64,000 bases of DNA from Nitrospirota bacterium (GCA_963740085.1 CAVUCU010000001.1:576001-640000); one strand, 5' to 3'. Numbered from the stretch's first letter, positions 21,473 through 32,575 are shown. Made by a program: numbers and translations. The notes: a model not told the origin generated them from the sequence alone.

Positions 21473-22598
21473 TTATTTAAGATTCCGCTTCAACGTATCC
21501 ACGACCTCATCGATCTCCGCCTCTGCTGTTTCTCTCCCCAGGCTGAAGCGTATCGCGCCGCGGGCGAGCGCGGGGTCCGTGCCCATGGCGACCAGAACGT
21601 GCGACGCGTTCACCGTACTGCCGTGGCACGCGGCCCCCGGAGAGACCGCGATATCTCTTCCCAGTGCCTCCATGACCGCGATCGAATCGGACCCCTCAAA
21701 GCTGATGTTCCAGGTGTTCGGCAGCTTCTTTATCAGGATGCCCGTTCAGATGGACCTTCAGTCCCGCGCGCTTCAATCCCTCAAACAAACGCCGTCCGAG
21801 TTTTATCTGGCGCGACCCCTCAGTATCCATTATCTCCACGGCGATCATGCATGCAGTGCCCAATCCGACGATGAACGCCGCGTTCTCCGTGCCCGGCCGC
21901 AGCCCGCGCTCGTGCCCTGCCCCGTTCATCAGCGGCTGAAGCTTGCGACCGTTCTTGATATACAGCGCGCCAATGCCCTTCGGCGCATAGAACTTGTGCC
22001 CGGCAATGGTCAGAAAATCCGCGCCGAGGTCTTTTACCTTCACGGGCACCTTGCCCACGCTCTGCGCCGCGTCGGTGTGGAACAAGACCCCGCGGGACGC
22101 GGCGATCCCGGAAAGAACTTTGATGTCCTGTATGGTTCCCACCTCGTTATTCGCATGCATGATCGAAACGAGCGCGGTCTTCGGCGTGATCGCCTGTTCA
22201 AGATCTTCGGGATCCACGAGTCCCTGTTCATCAACGCGCAGATAGGTGACCGCATGACCGTGACGCTCCAGATAACGGCACGGCTCGAGCACAGCCGGGT
22301 GTTCGATGCGGGACGTGATGATGTGGCTGCTCTTCGGCGCTAAAGCTGCCACCCCTTTTATCACCATGTTGTTCGATTCCGTTGCCCCGCTCGTGAAGAT
22401 GATCTCTGATGCCTCGCAACCCAGAAGGGCCGCGACACGCTCGCGCGCCTGTTCAATGCCCGCCTTGAGCGCGACGCCGTAGGGATGACTGCTCGACGGA
22501 TTGCCGAACTTTTCCTTCAGAAATGGCAGCATCTCCTGAAGGACCTGTGGAGCGACCGGGGTGCTTGCGTTATAATCGAGATAGATGGGGCTTGTCAT
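21473..22598 (-). pseudogene. cysteine desulfurase (IscS/NifS family), frameshifted near 21730
   Basis: YLDYNAS, GNPSS, FTSGATE, HTDAAQ, GHKF in ORF 21696..22598; a +1 shift restores KLPNTWNISF...VSPGAACHG...AIRFSLGR. Confidence 0.85.
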
Positions 22599-22640
22599 AG
22601 AATTATCCTGACCAGGAAAATCCGGAACCGAAAGGGCGTC

Positions 22641-22746
22641 TCTCGCAGAGGCGCAGAGAACGCAGAGTTAAATCAAAACTTTCGAGTCTTGGTTCTATCC
22701 CAGAACGGTTTAAACTTTTCTCTGCGAACTCTGCGCCTCTGCGAGA
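22641..22746. repeat. inverted pair of nonamer arrays
   Basis: TCTCGCAGAGGCGCAGAGAACGCAGAG ... CTCTGCGAACTCTGCGCCTCTGCGAGA (25/27 complementary). Confidence 0.85.
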
Positions 22747-22773
22747 AATATTTTCCCCGCTTTAAGATGTTCA

Positions 22774-23706
22774 TCACTTCTCCCGCCGTTCAAATATTCC
22801 CATCGTCAGATACCGCTCCCCGACATCGGGCAGGATCGTGACGATGCGCGCGCCCTTGCCGAGACGTGCCGCCACCTGGAGCGCCGCCCAACATGCCGCG
22901 CCGGACGAGATGCCCACAAGCAAGCCTTCCTCGTGCGCAAGCCGCCGTGTAGTATCCGCGGCGTCATCCTGCCCGACCTTGATGATTCCGTCGTACACCC
23001 TGGTGTTCAGAATCGCGGGAATGAACCCCGCTCCGATCCCTTGTATGGGATGGGGGCCGGGCTGGCCCCCCGAGAGCACCGGTGAGGCCGCGGGTTCAAC
23101 GGCAAAGATGGTGATGTCCTTGTATTTTTTTCTGAACACTTCGCCGACACCCGTGATCGTCCCGCCCGTGCCGACGCCGGCCACGAACGCGTCCACTTTT
23201 TTCGCGCCCATCTGTTTGATGATCTCTTTTGCCGTGGTGCGGCGGTGGACCTGCGGGTTCGCTGGATTGCCGAACTGGTCGGGCTTGAAATATTCCCTGC
23301 CCGACGCAACGATCTCGTCGGCCTTTGCGATCGCGCCCTTCATGCCTTTTTCTGCGGGTGTGAGTACAAGCTCGGCTCCGTAGGCTTCAAGCAGTCTGCG
23401 CCGCTCGACCGTCATGGACTCGGGCATGGTCAGGATGATCGTATAGCCCTTGACCGCGGCGACCATGGCAAGACCGATGCCCGTATTGCCGCTCGTGGGC
23501 TCCACGATCTTCATCCCTTTTTTGAGGATCCCCTTTTTTTCCGCGTCCTCGATCATGGCGAGGGCCGGCCGGTCCTTGACACTCCCCCCGGGGTTGAATC
23601 CTTCAAGCTTTGCCCACACCTCTGCGTCGCCCGGACCCGGCAGTTTATTAAGCCGAACCAAAGGAGTGTTCCCGATCAGATCCAGCACTGTTCTAATCTT
23701 CAGCAT
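22774..23706 (-). CDS. cysK: cysteine synthase A
   Basis: [34 protein letters not shown]. Confidence 0.93.
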   Translation of the reverse strand: MLKIRTVLDLIGNTPLVRLNKLPGPGDAEVWAKLEGFNPGGSVKDRPALAMIEDAEKKGILKKGMKIVEPTSGNTGIGLAMVAAVKGYTIILTMPESMTVERRRLLEAYGAELVLTPAEKGMKGAIAKADEIVASGREYFKPDQFGNPANPQVHRRTTAKEIIKQMGAKKVDAFVAGVGTGGTITGVGEVFRKKYKDITIFAVEPAASPVLSGGQPGPHPIQGIGAGFIPAILNTRVYDGIIKVGQDDAADTTRRLAHEEGLLVGISSGAACWAALQVAARLGKGARIVTILPDVGERYLTMGIFERREK

Positions 23707-23761
23707 AGCCGTCCTTTCCTGTGAATTTACTACGAACTCCGCACTCCGAACTCCTGACTTA

Positions 23762-25462
23762 TCACGCGGTGCCCCGCTCGATCATCTCCTCGGCATGCTT
23801 GACCGTGGCCTCGGTGATCGTCTTTCCTCCGAGCATACGCGCGATCTCCTCCACCCGTTCCTGCCTGTCGAGCAGCCGCACCTCGGTGCTCGTCCGTTCC
23901 TTTTTTACGGACTTGGTAACACCGTAGTGGCTCCCGGCCATGCTCGCGATCTGCGGCAGATGCGTGATGCAGAAGACCTGTCGTTTCGTTGCCACGCGTT
24001 TGAGCTTTTTACCGACCTCTTCCGCAACCGCGCCGCCGATGCCCGCGTCCACCTCGTCGAACACGAGCGTGGGGATGCTGTCGCCTTCCACCAGGATGGT
24101 CTTGAGGGCGAGCATGATGCGCGACAGCTCTCCACCCGAGACGATCTTCGCGAGCGACCGCGGTTCCTCGCCCGCGTTCGGCGAGATGAGGAACTCCACG
24201 CGGTCCGCGCCGCGCGGCCCGAGCTTCAGTCCGTCAAACGTGTCTCCTCCGGGCTCCTGCGTGATCTTCAGCGTAAAGGTCGTTTTCTTCATCCCAAGAT
24301 GGTTAAGCTCGGCCTCGACCTTCTTCTCGAGCTCAGCGGCCGCCGCCCTTCGCTTCTTCGTCAGCTGATTCGCCTTGTCGGTCAGTCCGAACTTGATTTC
24401 CTGGATCGCGGATTTCAGTTTTTCGATCTCCTCCGTGCTCCTTTCCATAAGTTCGAGAGCGGCCGTCGCTTTCGCTCCGAAATCGAGGATCTCCTCTATC
24501 GTGTTCCCGTACTTTTTTTTGAGCTTCTGGATCACGTCCAGCCGGTCCCCGATCTGCTCCAGCCGCTGGGGATCGGACTCAGCGCGATTGTGGTACGAGG
24601 TGACTTCCCAGGCGGCCTCTTCGATCTGCGCGCGGCCCGACTCGCAGAGATCAAGCGCACCCGCGAGGGTGTTGTCGACTTCAACCATCTCTTTCAGCCC
24701 GTTGATCGCTTTTTTCAGGTTTGCGAGCGCCGAACCGTCGGAGGAATAGAGAACCTCATCGACCATGGCTGAAAGGGCCGCGAGCTTTTCGGCATTTGCC
24801 ATGACCTTTTGCGCATTCACAAGTTCTTCAACCTCGCCCGGTTTGAGCTGGGCCGCTTCTATCTCATTCTTCTGGTATCGCAGCAGGTCCTCGCGCTGCG
24901 CCCGGTCGCGCTCTCCCTCCTGCAGCCGTGCCAGGTCCTTTCGAATGTCAAGCAGCCGGTGATACTCGGCTGTCACCTCATCGCGGAGCGTGCCGAGCCC
25001 GCCGAAGGTATCGAGCATCTCCATCTGGCGTTCGAGTGAAAGCAGCGATTGGTGCTCGTGCTGGCCGTGGATATCGGCAAGATTCGCGCCAACGGCCGCG
25101 AGCGTGGTGAGATTCGCCAGTCTTCCGTTGATATAGACCTTGTTCTTGCCCGAGGACGAAAGCACGCGGCGCACGATCAGGTCTTCCCCCGGGTCCATCT
25201 CAATGCCCTGTTCCGAAAGCAGCGCAGTCACTTCCGCCGCTCCGTGGCTGTTGAGATCGAAGGCGGCCTCCACTACGGCCTCCTGAAAGCCGCTGCGGAT
25301 CAGGTCAATGCTCGCCCGTTCGCCGAGAGCCAGACTGAGCGCGTCGACAACGATGGACTTGCCGGCCCCCGTCTCGCCTGTGAAGACGTTCAGCCCCGGC
25401 GCAAACTCCACCCGAAGCTGGTCGATGATGGCAAAATTTCTTATATTGAGTTCTTTCAGCAT
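23762..25462 (-). CDS. recN: DNA repair protein RecN
   Basis: [40 protein letters not shown]. Confidence 0.96.
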   Translation of the reverse strand: MLKELNIRNFAIIDQLRVEFAPGLNVFTGETGAGKSIVVDALSLALGERASIDLIRSGFQEAVVEAAFDLNSHGAAEVTALLSEQGIEMDPGEDLIVRRVLSSSGKNKVYINGRLANLTTLAAVGANLADIHGQHEHQSLLSLERQMEMLDTFGGLGTLRDEVTAEYHRLLDIRKDLARLQEGERDRAQREDLLRYQKNEIEAAQLKPGEVEELVNAQKVMANAEKLAALSAMVDEVLYSSDGSALANLKKAINGLKEMVEVDNTLAGALDLCESGRAQIEEAAWEVTSYHNRAESDPQRLEQIGDRLDVIQKLKKKYGNTIEEILDFGAKATAALELMERSTEEIEKLKSAIQEIKFGLTDKANQLTKKRRAAAAELEKKVEAELNHLGMKKTTFTLKITQEPGGDTFDGLKLGPRGADRVEFLISPNAGEEPRSLAKIVSGGELSRIMLALKTILVEGDSIPTLVFDEVDAGIGGAVAEEVGKKLKRVATKRQVFCITHLPQIASMAGSHYGVTKSVKKERTSTEVRLLDRQERVEEIARMLGGKTITEATVKHAEEMIERGTA

Positions 25463-25476
25463 GATTTAACGGCAGG

Positions 25477-25560
25477 CGCCAGGGTTCAGGTGCCAGGGTA
25501 CAGAAATTACTTAACCCTGGATCCCGGACCTGTGTCCCTTGACCCTTGACCCCTGTCCCC
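25477..25560. repeat. inverted pair of heptamer arrays (CAGGG type), empty
   Basis: CAGGGTT CAGGTGC CAGGGTA CAG ... CCCTGGA TCCCGGA ... CCCTTGA CCCCTGT CCCC. Confidence 0.72.
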
Positions 25561-26115
25561 TTTTTTTACTGCATTCGCCTTCTTCATCGCGAAGCGTTCC
25601 TGCGTTGATATTCCTTTCCCACCCGCCTTGCGGTACAGCACCGCTGCCTGATCTTTCCTGCCCATGCGTTCGCTCGCCCTGCCGGCCCAGTAGTACGCGG
25701 TGCCGACCAACATCCCGGAGGTTGGATAGCTCTCGGGTATTTTAAGGAATTCGGCCACCGCCTCGGAGTTCCTGCCGAGGAGAAGGACGCAGAACCCTAT
25801 CCAGTACTGGGTCTGCGCCCGCTCACCGGGCTTCTGCTCTTGCAAAGCCCGATGGTATGCATCGAGGGCATGCTGGTAATCGGCCAGACGGAAAAAACTA
25901 TCGGCGATGCGGGTATGGAGAAGGCCCGGGGAAATAGCCCGGGACGGAGAGGAAAGTACTGCTTGATACAAACGAATCGCGTCCGGGTACCGGCCTTGCG
26001 AGAACATCTGGTCCGCTTTTATATATTCGCGGGGAACACGTTGCCCGCTCGCTGCATGCGGCAGGCCGGAGAGCGCCAGGAAAATAAGGGGGACAAATAT
26101 CAATTTCGCTTTCAT
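25507..26115 (-). CDS. secreted tetratricopeptide repeat protein
   Basis: Signal peptide MKAKLIF; several TPR-like helical repeats. Confidence 0.75.
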   Translation of the reverse strand: MKAKLIFVPLIFLALSGLPHAASGQRVPREYIKADQMFSQGRYPDAIRLYQAVLSSPSRAISPGLLHTRIADSFFRLADYQHALDAYHRALQEQKPGERAQTQYWIGFCVLLLGRNSEAVAEFLKIPESYPTSGMLVGTAYYWAGRASERMGRKDQAAVLYRKAGGKGISTQERFAMKKANAVKKGDRGQGSRDTGPGSRVK

Positions 26116-26394
26116 GATGATCCCTTCCCGAGACTGTGTCAAATTTAACACAAAGCATGGGTCTATTCAAGGACATATTTCTTATGAGAATTCAGGCGGT
26201 GAAAAAACAGAGGTACTTCGCAAGGATGGCATGAAAAACCGGAATAAAAATCAGAAGGTCGGAAGCAGGACGTATGCGATCGTGTCGTCCTTCGCTCCCT
26301 TCATGAGAGAGGAGATCAAGCAGGTGGGAATAGAGACTTATACCGCTCACCGTGATATTTTCAATCGCTAATTTTAATTCGATCGCGGGCTTAC

Positions 26395-27744
26395 CTACCG
26401 TTCCCTCGGGATCCCCCACTTCTTTCTCTTCTCCCAGAGCGATTTCCGGGTGATCCAGAGCATGTCCGCAAGCTGCTGTTCGTTGAACTGGCCCTGGTAT
26501 CTCTGGATGAATGCCTTGGTGTATTCCTCGATGGAAAGCTTTTTGTCAAAGACCTCCGCCTCGAACGATGCCGCCGCCGTGAGCCCCGCGGGCAGATGTG
26601 CGGGGGCGATGACGTCGCCGTCGGAAACAAGGATGGCGCGCTCGATGACGTTCTGGAGCTCACGGACGTTCCCCGCCCACTCGTAGTTCATCATGAGCTC
26701 CAGGGAATCGGGCGCGAGCTCTTTGACGGGTCTCCCCATCTCGTGAGAGTATTTCTCCAGATAGTGCGTTACCAGCGCCTTGATGTCTTCTTTCCGTTCC
26801 CGGAGCGGCGGGATCTGGAGCGAGATGACATTGATCCGGTAATAGAGGTCCTCGCGGAAGGCGTTCTGCTTTACCGCTGTCTTCAGGTCCTTGTTCGTCG
26901 CGGTGATGAACCGGATGTCGACCTTGCTGCCTTTGGTGCTGCCGACGGGGCGGATCACCTGGTCTTCGATGACCCGGAGCAGTTTGGCCTGGAGCGAGAG
27001 GCTCATGTCGCCGATCTCGTCGAGGAACACGGTGCCGCCCTCGGCTTCTTCGAGGATGCCTTTCTTGGTGGCGACCGCGCCGGTAAAGGCCCCGCGCACG
27101 TGGCCGAAAAGCTCGGTCTCGAGCAGGTTCTCGGGGATCGCGGAGCAGTTGATGGGGACAAAGGGCATGTCGCGGCGGGAGCTGTTGTGGTGGATGACCC
27201 GGGCAAAGAGCTCCTTGCCGGTGCCGGTCTCGCCGAGCAGCAGGACGCTGCTCTTGGCGTCCGTGACCTTCCGGACCTCGTCGAGGATGGCCCGAAGCGC
27301 CGGGCTCTCGCCGATGATGCTGCTGAAGTCGTGCTCCTTCCCGATCTCGCGCTTGAGCAGCACGTTCTCGGCCTGGAGGCTCTTCTGACGGAGGGCGTTC
27401 CGGACGACCTGCTTGATCTCTTCGTGGATGACCGGCTTCATGATGTAGTCGTAGGCGCCCGCGCGGAGCGCTTTGATGGAGGTGTCGAGCGACGCATAGG
27501 CGGTGACGACGATGACGATCTGGTCCGGGTCCTGTTCCCGCACCCGGGTGAGCATCTCGATGCCGTCCATGCCCGGCAGGATGATGTCCGTCAGGATGAC
27601 GTCGTACACGCCGGTTTCAAGGAGGGCAAGGCCCTTCTCCGCCGACTCGGCGCCGTCCACCGTGTACCCTTCCTTGACAAAGATGCGCTTGATGGACTCA
27701 CGCAGCGTCTCCTCGTCTTCTACGATCAAGATGTTCCTGGACAT
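26395..27744 (-). CDS. sigma54-dependent response regulator (NtrC/AtoC family)
   Basis: Receiver domain, GETGTGKE, GAFTGA, WAGNVREL, short C-terminal HTH. Confidence 0.92.
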   Translation of the reverse strand: MSRNILIVEDEETLRESIKRIFVKEGYTVDGAESAEKGLALLETGVYDVILTDIILPGMDGIEMLTRVREQDPDQIVIVVTAYASLDTSIKALRAGAYDYIMKPVIHEEIKQVVRNALRQKSLQAENVLLKREIGKEHDFSSIIGESPALRAILDEVRKVTDAKSSVLLLGETGTGKELFARVIHHNSSRRDMPFVPINCSAIPENLLETELFGHVRGAFTGAVATKKGILEEAEGGTVFLDEIGDMSLSLQAKLLRVIEDQVIRPVGSTKGSKVDIRFITATNKDLKTAVKQNAFREDLYYRINVISLQIPPLRERKEDIKALVTHYLEKYSHEMGRPVKELAPDSLELMMNYEWAGNVRELQNVIERAILVSDGDVIAPAHLPAGLTAAASFEAEVFDKKLSIEEYTKAFIQRYQGQFNEQQLADMLWITRKSLWEKRKKWGIPRER

Positions 27745-27764
27745 CGAAGCCTCATTCTTTTTTT

Positions 27765-27883
27765 ATCCGCAGATTACGCAGATTTCGCAGATGGAGGTCA
27801 GGATAAAATATTTTATTGCTTTACGTCCTGACTAAAGAGTCATTTCTTTTGTTTTTTCTGCGTATTCTGCGTAATCTGCGGAT
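27765..27883. repeat. inverted pair of nonamer arrays
   Basis: ATCCGCAGATTACGCAGATTTCGCAGA ... TCTGCGTATTCTGCGTAATCTGCGGAT. Confidence 0.82.
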
Positions 27884-27940
27884 CACCGACCGTCGTCTTG
27901 CTTGCATGCAGTGCCAGTTACTGCGGGATCGGGTATCAAA

Positions 27941-28423
27941 CTACCTCCCGAACCTCTTCTTCAACTTCGCCACCACCACCGCCGGCACAAGGCTCGACAC
28001 GTCGCCGCCGTAACTCGCGGCCTCCTTCACAATGGTAGAGGTAATGAACGAATATTCTTCACTCGGCATCAGGTACACCGTTTCAATAGTGTTGTCAAGC
28101 CTGCGGTTCATGAGGGCCATCTGCAGTTCATACTCGAAATCTGAAACCGCACGCAGACCCCGGATAATGCCGACCGCCCTCTTCTTTTTGACATAATCAA
28201 CGAGCAGGCCGTCAAACCCCTCGATCACGATGTTCTCATGCTTGCCCATTGCTTTTTTGAACAGGGCAACGCGCTCTTCAAGAGAAAAAAGCGGCGCCTT
28301 CCTGGGGTTCTCCGCGACGGCTACGATGACCGTGTTGAATATTCTCAGGCTTCGTTCAACGAGATCGATATGCCCGTTCGTGACGGGATCGAAGGTTCCG
28401 GGGTATACAGCGACGCGTTTCAT
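27941..28423 (-). CDS. coaD: phosphopantetheine adenylyltransferase
   Basis: YPGTFDPVTNGH, RGLRAVSDFEYE. Confidence 0.97.
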   Translation of the reverse strand: MKRVAVYPGTFDPVTNGHIDLVERSLRIFNTVIVAVAENPRKAPLFSLEERVALFKKAMGKHENIVIEGFDGLLVDYVKKKRAVGIIRGLRAVSDFEYELQMALMNRRLDNTIETVYLMPSEEYSFITSTIVKEAASYGGDVSSLVPAVVVAKLKKRFGR

Positions 28424-28445
28424 GGCAGCTCCTTCAATAAAGTGG

Positions 28446-28539
28446 TCAGGAGCCAGGAGTCAGTATTCAGAAGAGACCTAACCTCATGATGAAAAACCTG
28501 ACTACCGAATGCTCCTGACTTCTGACTACGGACTCCTGA
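28446..28539. repeat. inverted pair of heptamer arrays (CAGGAGN type)
   Basis: CAGGAGC CAGGAGT CAGTATT CAGAAG ... CTCCTGA CTTCTGA CTACGGA CTCCTGA. Confidence 0.75.
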
Positions 28540-29071
28540 ATCTATAAAATGCCAGCACCGTATCGCCATACTTCGCTTCTCGATAAAGCGTCAGACCGCC
28601 GGCACTCGCGGGTGACAATTGCTTCTTAAAGTGTTCGGCGATCACGATCGAATCAGGCTTCAGGATCCCCGCCCCTGCGATCAGTTCGAGCAAGGGCTGC
28701 ATCTCATCCGCGTACGGCGGATCCAGGAACACGATATCGTATGACCCGGACGGTTTTTTCAGGAATGACTCGACCTTCGACAGCACGGCCTGCGACCGAT
28801 CTTCGAAACCGGTCTGTTCGATGTTTTGCTTGACCACATTTAAAGAAGCACGCGACGCGTCAACGAAGACCACGCGACCCGCCCCGCGGCTGAGCGCCTC
28901 GATACCGATGCCGCCCGCGCCGGCAAAAAGATCAAGGAACAAAGAATCGGCCATCCTCTCCCCGAGGATGTTGAACAAGGCCTGTTTCACCTTGTCGGAC
29001 GTGGGTCTCACGCGGGACCCCGCAGGCGCCTTCAATCGGCGTCCTCTTCCTGTTCCTCCCGTCACTCTCAT
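28526..29071 (-). CDS. rsmD: 16S rRNA m2G966 methyltransferase
   Basis: RPTSDKVK, LDLFAGAG, IEALSRGA, DPPY, YGDT. Confidence 0.93.
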   Translation of the reverse strand: MRVTGGTGRGRRLKAPAGSRVRPTSDKVKQALFNILGERMADSLFLDLFAGAGGIGIEALSRGAGRVVFVDASRASLNVVKQNIEQTGFEDRSQAVLSKVESFLKKPSGSYDIVFLDPPYADEMQPLLELIAGAGILKPDSIVIAEHFKKQLSPASAGGLTLYREAKYGDTVLAFYRFRSP

Positions 29072-29178
29072 CACTAGCTCACACAAGCGATGCTACAGAA
29101 AAACTCATTCTGAGTCAAGCATTTCTTGACACTCATGGACAATGCGGATATACTTTTTCCATCTCTGAAAGGCATCCC

Positions 29179-30546
29179 ATGCGCTTACAAACGCGGTTCA
29201 TTCTTCTCTTTTCTCTTCTCCTGATCGTTGCCGGCGCGTTCGTTCTTGCGGTCGCTGCGGACACGAAGGTGCCGATAAATATCAACAAGCCGGCTCCCCC
29301 CGCGGCCGCGTCAGTTCCCTCCGCAAAGAAGATACACGTGATCGAGGTCGACGCGCCCATCACGCCCGTGGTTGCCGAGTACATTATTAAGTCCATTGAC
29401 CGCGCGGCGAAGGCTGATGCCGAGGCGATCATCATCCAGCTGAACACCCCCGGCGGTCTCGTAGACTCCACCCAGCAGATCGTGATGAAGATGATGGCCT
29501 CCGAAGTTCCGACCGTCGTCTACGTGGCGCCGAGCGGGGCCCGGGCCGCCTCCGCCGGCGTGTTCATCACGCTCGCCGCCAACATCGCGGCCATGGCGCC
29601 GACCACGCATATCGGTGCGGCCCATCCCGTCCAGATGCAGGGCAAGATGGACGAAACCATGGAGAAGAAGGTCGTGAACGACCTTGCCGCCTTTGTACGC
29701 GGTATCGCGGAAAAGCGGGGCAGGAATGTGAAGTGGGCGGAGGATGCCGTGCGGCACAGCGTTTCCATCACCGAGACCGAAGCCCTCAAGAAGAAGGTGA
29801 TCGATCTCGTCGCTCCCGATATCCCCTCGCTCGTCAAGGCGATCAACAACAAAACCGTTGACCTGGTCATCGGGAAAAGGACGCTCAAGACCGCCGGCGC
29901 CGAAGTGGTCATGATGAAGATGGGGCTCCGCAGCAAGCTCCTCGGCATCATCAGCAATCCCAACATCGCCTATATCCTCATGATCCTCGGGTTCTACGGC
30001 CTTTACTTCGAACTCTCGAACCCCGGCGCCATCTTCCCCGGCGTGGCCGGCGCCATCTGCCTCATCCTTGCCTTCTACGCCCTCCAGACCCTGCCGATCA
30101 ACTACGCGGGGCTCCTGCTCATTATCCTCGCCATCGCGCTGTTCATTGCGGAAGCCTTCATCACGAGCCACGGGGTCCTCGGCGTCGGCGGGACCATCGC
30201 CATGCTCATGGGCTCGGTCATGCTCATCGACTCCCCTGACCCGTCGCTTCAGATCTCATGGGCAGTGATCGTCCCCGTCGTGGGACTGTCGGCATTGCTG
30301 TTCATCATTACCGTCACCGTCGCTCTCCGGGTGCACCGGGAAAAGACCGATACGGGCAAGGAAGGGCTCATCGGAAAACAGGCGCGGGCGAGATCGGAAC
30401 TTAATCCCACGGGCCTGGTGTTCATCCACGGCGAAAACTGGACCGCGCGGAGCGACGAGCCCGTTCATAAAGGCGAGAAGGTGATCATCGTCGGCATGGA
30501 CGGACTTACCCTCATCGTGAGGAAAACGGAGAACAATGAGAAATAG
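29179..30546 (+). CDS. NfeD family membrane serine protease
   Basis: LNTPGG, AASAG, IGAAHPV, TM region, C-terminal OB-fold (HGENWTA). Confidence 0.92.
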   Translation: MRLQTRFILLFSLLLIVAGAFVLAVAADTKVPININKPAPPAAASVPSAKKIHVIEVDAPITPVVAEYIIKSIDRAAKADAEAIIIQLNTPGGLVDSTQQIVMKMMASEVPTVVYVAPSGARAASAGVFITLAANIAAMAPTTHIGAAHPVQMQGKMDETMEKKVVNDLAAFVRGIAEKRGRNVKWAEDAVRHSVSITETEALKKKVIDLVAPDIPSLVKAINNKTVDLVIGKRTLKTAGAEVVMMKMGLRSKLLGIISNPNIAYILMILGFYGLYFELSNPGAIFPGVAGAICLILAFYALQTLPINYAGLLLIILAIALFIAEAFITSHGVLGVGGTIAMLMGSVMLIDSPDPSLQISWAVIVPVVGLSALLFIITVTVALRVHREKTDTGKEGLIGKQARARSELNPTGLVFIHGENWTARSDEPVHKGEKVIIVGMDGLTLIVRKTENNEK

Positions 30547-30615
30547 ACCTTTGTCTTTTTATCTTCCGAAATGCACATCTGCGGTTCTCTCTAATCTCTA
30601 ACAAGGAGGCGTACA

Positions 30616-31389
30616 ATGCAAGTTTACGGGCTTGGGTTCATGATTTTCATTTTTTTAGGCGGGTTCTTTCTCTTTAACACGCTCAAGATCCTGAAACAAT
30701 ACGAGCGGGGCCTTATCTTCACCCTCGGCAAGGTCAGCCTGGAGCACGGCGTGAAGGGACCGGGACTGATCGTGCTGCTTCCCGGCATCCAGAAAATGGT
30801 GCGGGTGAGCCTGCGGACCGTGACCATGGACGTCCCGTCGCAGGACGTGATCACCAAGGACAACGTTACCGTGAAGGTGAACGCCGTGGTCTACTTCCGG
30901 GTCATTGACCCGCGCAAGGCCGTTGTCGAGGTCGAGGATTTCTACTACGCGACGTCGCTTATCGCCCAGACCACGCTCAGGAGCATCCTCGGCCAGAATT
31001 CCCTCGACGACCTGCTCTCGAACCGCGAGGCCATCAATGTCGAGCTGCAGAAGGTGATCGATGACCAGACAGAGCCGTGGGGTGTGAAGGTGACCACGGT
31101 CGAGGTGAAGAACGTCGACCTGCCGGCCGAGATGCAGCGCGCGATCGCGATCCAGGCCCAGGCGGAGCGGGAACGCCGGGCGAAGATCATCCATGCCGAA
31201 GGCGAACTCCAGGCATCGGCAAAGCTGGGTGAAGCGGCAGCGGTCATCAGCAAGAACCCGATCGCGCTCCAGCTCCGGTACCTCCAGACACTCACCGAGA
31301 TCGGTACGGAAAAAAACACGACCATCGTGTTTCCTTTGCCGATCGATATTTTCACGGCGTTCCAAAAGCTGGTGGACAAGCAGACCTAG
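30616..31389 (+). CDS. SPFH/stomatin-like (slipin) protein
   Basis: [34 protein letters not shown]; canonical partner of NfeD. Confidence 0.93.
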   Translation: MQVYGLGFMIFIFLGGFFLFNTLKILKQYERGLIFTLGKVSLEHGVKGPGLIVLLPGIQKMVRVSLRTVTMDVPSQDVITKDNVTVKVNAVVYFRVIDPRKAVVEVEDFYYATSLIAQTTLRSILGQNSLDDLLSNREAINVELQKVIDDQTEPWGVKVTTVEVKNVDLPAEMQRAIAIQAQAERERRAKIIHAEGELQASAKLGEAAAVISKNPIALQLRYLQTLTEIGTEKNTTIVFPLPIDIFTAFQKLVDKQT

Positions 31390-31422
31390 AGGAGATGATC
31401 GGATTTCAGATCAACCCGGGGA

Positions 31423-31450
31423 AGGCGGCCATCAATGGCCGCCTTTTTTT
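31423..31450 (+). terminator. intrinsic terminator
   Basis: AGGCGGCCAT-ca-ATGGCCGCCT hairpin plus T tract. Confidence 0.8.
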
Positions 31451-31629
31451 ATGCGCGAACACCCGGGATAAAACGAGGTATAATGTCGGTAGGAGAGATC
31501 GGAGCGGGGATCGAAGTCTTGAAAAATCAGGGTACTTCGCGGAACGTTGAAACGCCGCGAGTGTCATGTCACGACATGCTGCGCGCAAGGCATCAACGTC
31601 CACGCGTTTCTTACCCCTGATCCGGTTGG

Positions 31630-31770
31630 TCAGGGGTGTGGCGGCAGTGGCAATCCGTGATGGGGCCCCGGCAAACCGGGTCCGTGACGAAACGGAAAGC
31701 AGGATGAAAGCGAAAGGACAAATACCAACAAAACAAGAACTAATGCCGTTATTCGGAATCTTTTTTTCAT
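31630..31770 (-). CDS. 46-aa His/Pro-rich lipopeptide (not in the ORF track)
   Basis: GGAGGAG RBS; MKKRFRITALVLVLLVFVLSLSSC-FPFRHGPGLPGPHHGLPLPPHP*. Confidence 0.7.
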   Translation of the reverse strand: MKKRFRITALVLVLLVFVLSLSSCFPFRHGPGLPGPHHGLPLPPHP

Positions 31771-31966
31771 GATACTCCTCCTTTTCGGGAATACATTGAA
31801 TGGACTAATTTATCATACTTACAACATCTTTACAACTATCCTGAAACAAGAACCGGCAAGGATTTTTTTCCTGGTGCCATCAGGATGAAGAAACCGTTAA
31901 CGTGATAATATAATAAATGTTCGACGCGGGAAATGAATCACATACGATTTACCTGGAGGAGGCACA

Positions 31967-32575
31967 ATGAAAATGATCATTCTTTCAATGATGGGGCTGT
32001 CAGCCATGCTTATCGCGAGCACCACGGTCACGGCTGCAACGAATTTTGAGAAAGCGACCTTCGCAGGCGGATGCTTCTGGTGCATGGAGCACCCCTTCGA
32101 CGAAATTCCCGGTGTGGTGTCGGTCACCTCGGGCTATACCGGCGGACAGAAAAAAAATCCCACCTATGAAGAGGTCTCGGCCGGTGGGACGGGACACGCT
32201 GAGTCCGTTCAGATCGTTTATGACCCTTCACGAGTGACCTACGAAAAGCTCCTTGAAGTTTTCTGGCACAACATTGACCCGACTGTCAAGGACCGGCAGT
32301 TCTGCGATACCGGGCATCAGTATCGCAGCGCCATCTTTTATCATAATGAAGAACAGCACCGGTTGGCGCTGCAGTCGAAGGCCCTCCTGGAGAAGAGCAA
32401 GCCCTTCAAAGAACCAATCGTAACCGAGATCGTGCCGGCCACCGAGTTCTACCCTGCCGAGGATTATCACCAGCACTATTACAAGAAGAACCCGATCCGG
32501 TACAAATTCTACCGCAGCCGGTGCGGTCGGGACAATCGTCTTAAGGAGCTGTGGGGCAGTGCGGCAGGGCATTGA
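31967..32575 (+). CDS. msrA: peptide methionine sulfoxide reductase A, exported
   Basis: Signal peptide, GGCFWC, SGYTGG, QYRSAIF, AEDYHQ. Confidence 0.95.
   Translation: MKMIILSMMGLSAMLIASTTVTAATNFEKATFAGGCFWCMEHPFDEIPGVVSVTSGYTGGQKKNPTYEEVSAGGTGHAESVQIVYDPSRVTYEKLLEVFWHNIDPTVKDRQFCDTGHQYRSAIFYHNEEQHRLALQSKALLEKSKPFKEPIVTEIVPATEFYPAEDYHQHYYKKNPIRYKFYRSRCGRDNRLKELWGSAAGH

Noticed and set aside
21696-21698. TGA in the desulfurase as selenocysteine
   Set aside because: The conserved continuation is in a different frame, so read-through would not restore it.
17855-22746. Recurrent ~27-bp repeats as a possible CRISPR array
   Set aside because: Copies are inverted pairs dispersed over kilobases, not direct repeats with regular spacers; no cas genes.
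26114-26419. Small ORFs between the TPR gene and the sigma54 regulator
   Set aside because: No motifs or convincing RBS, and the ORFs overlap on opposite strands; cannot support either.
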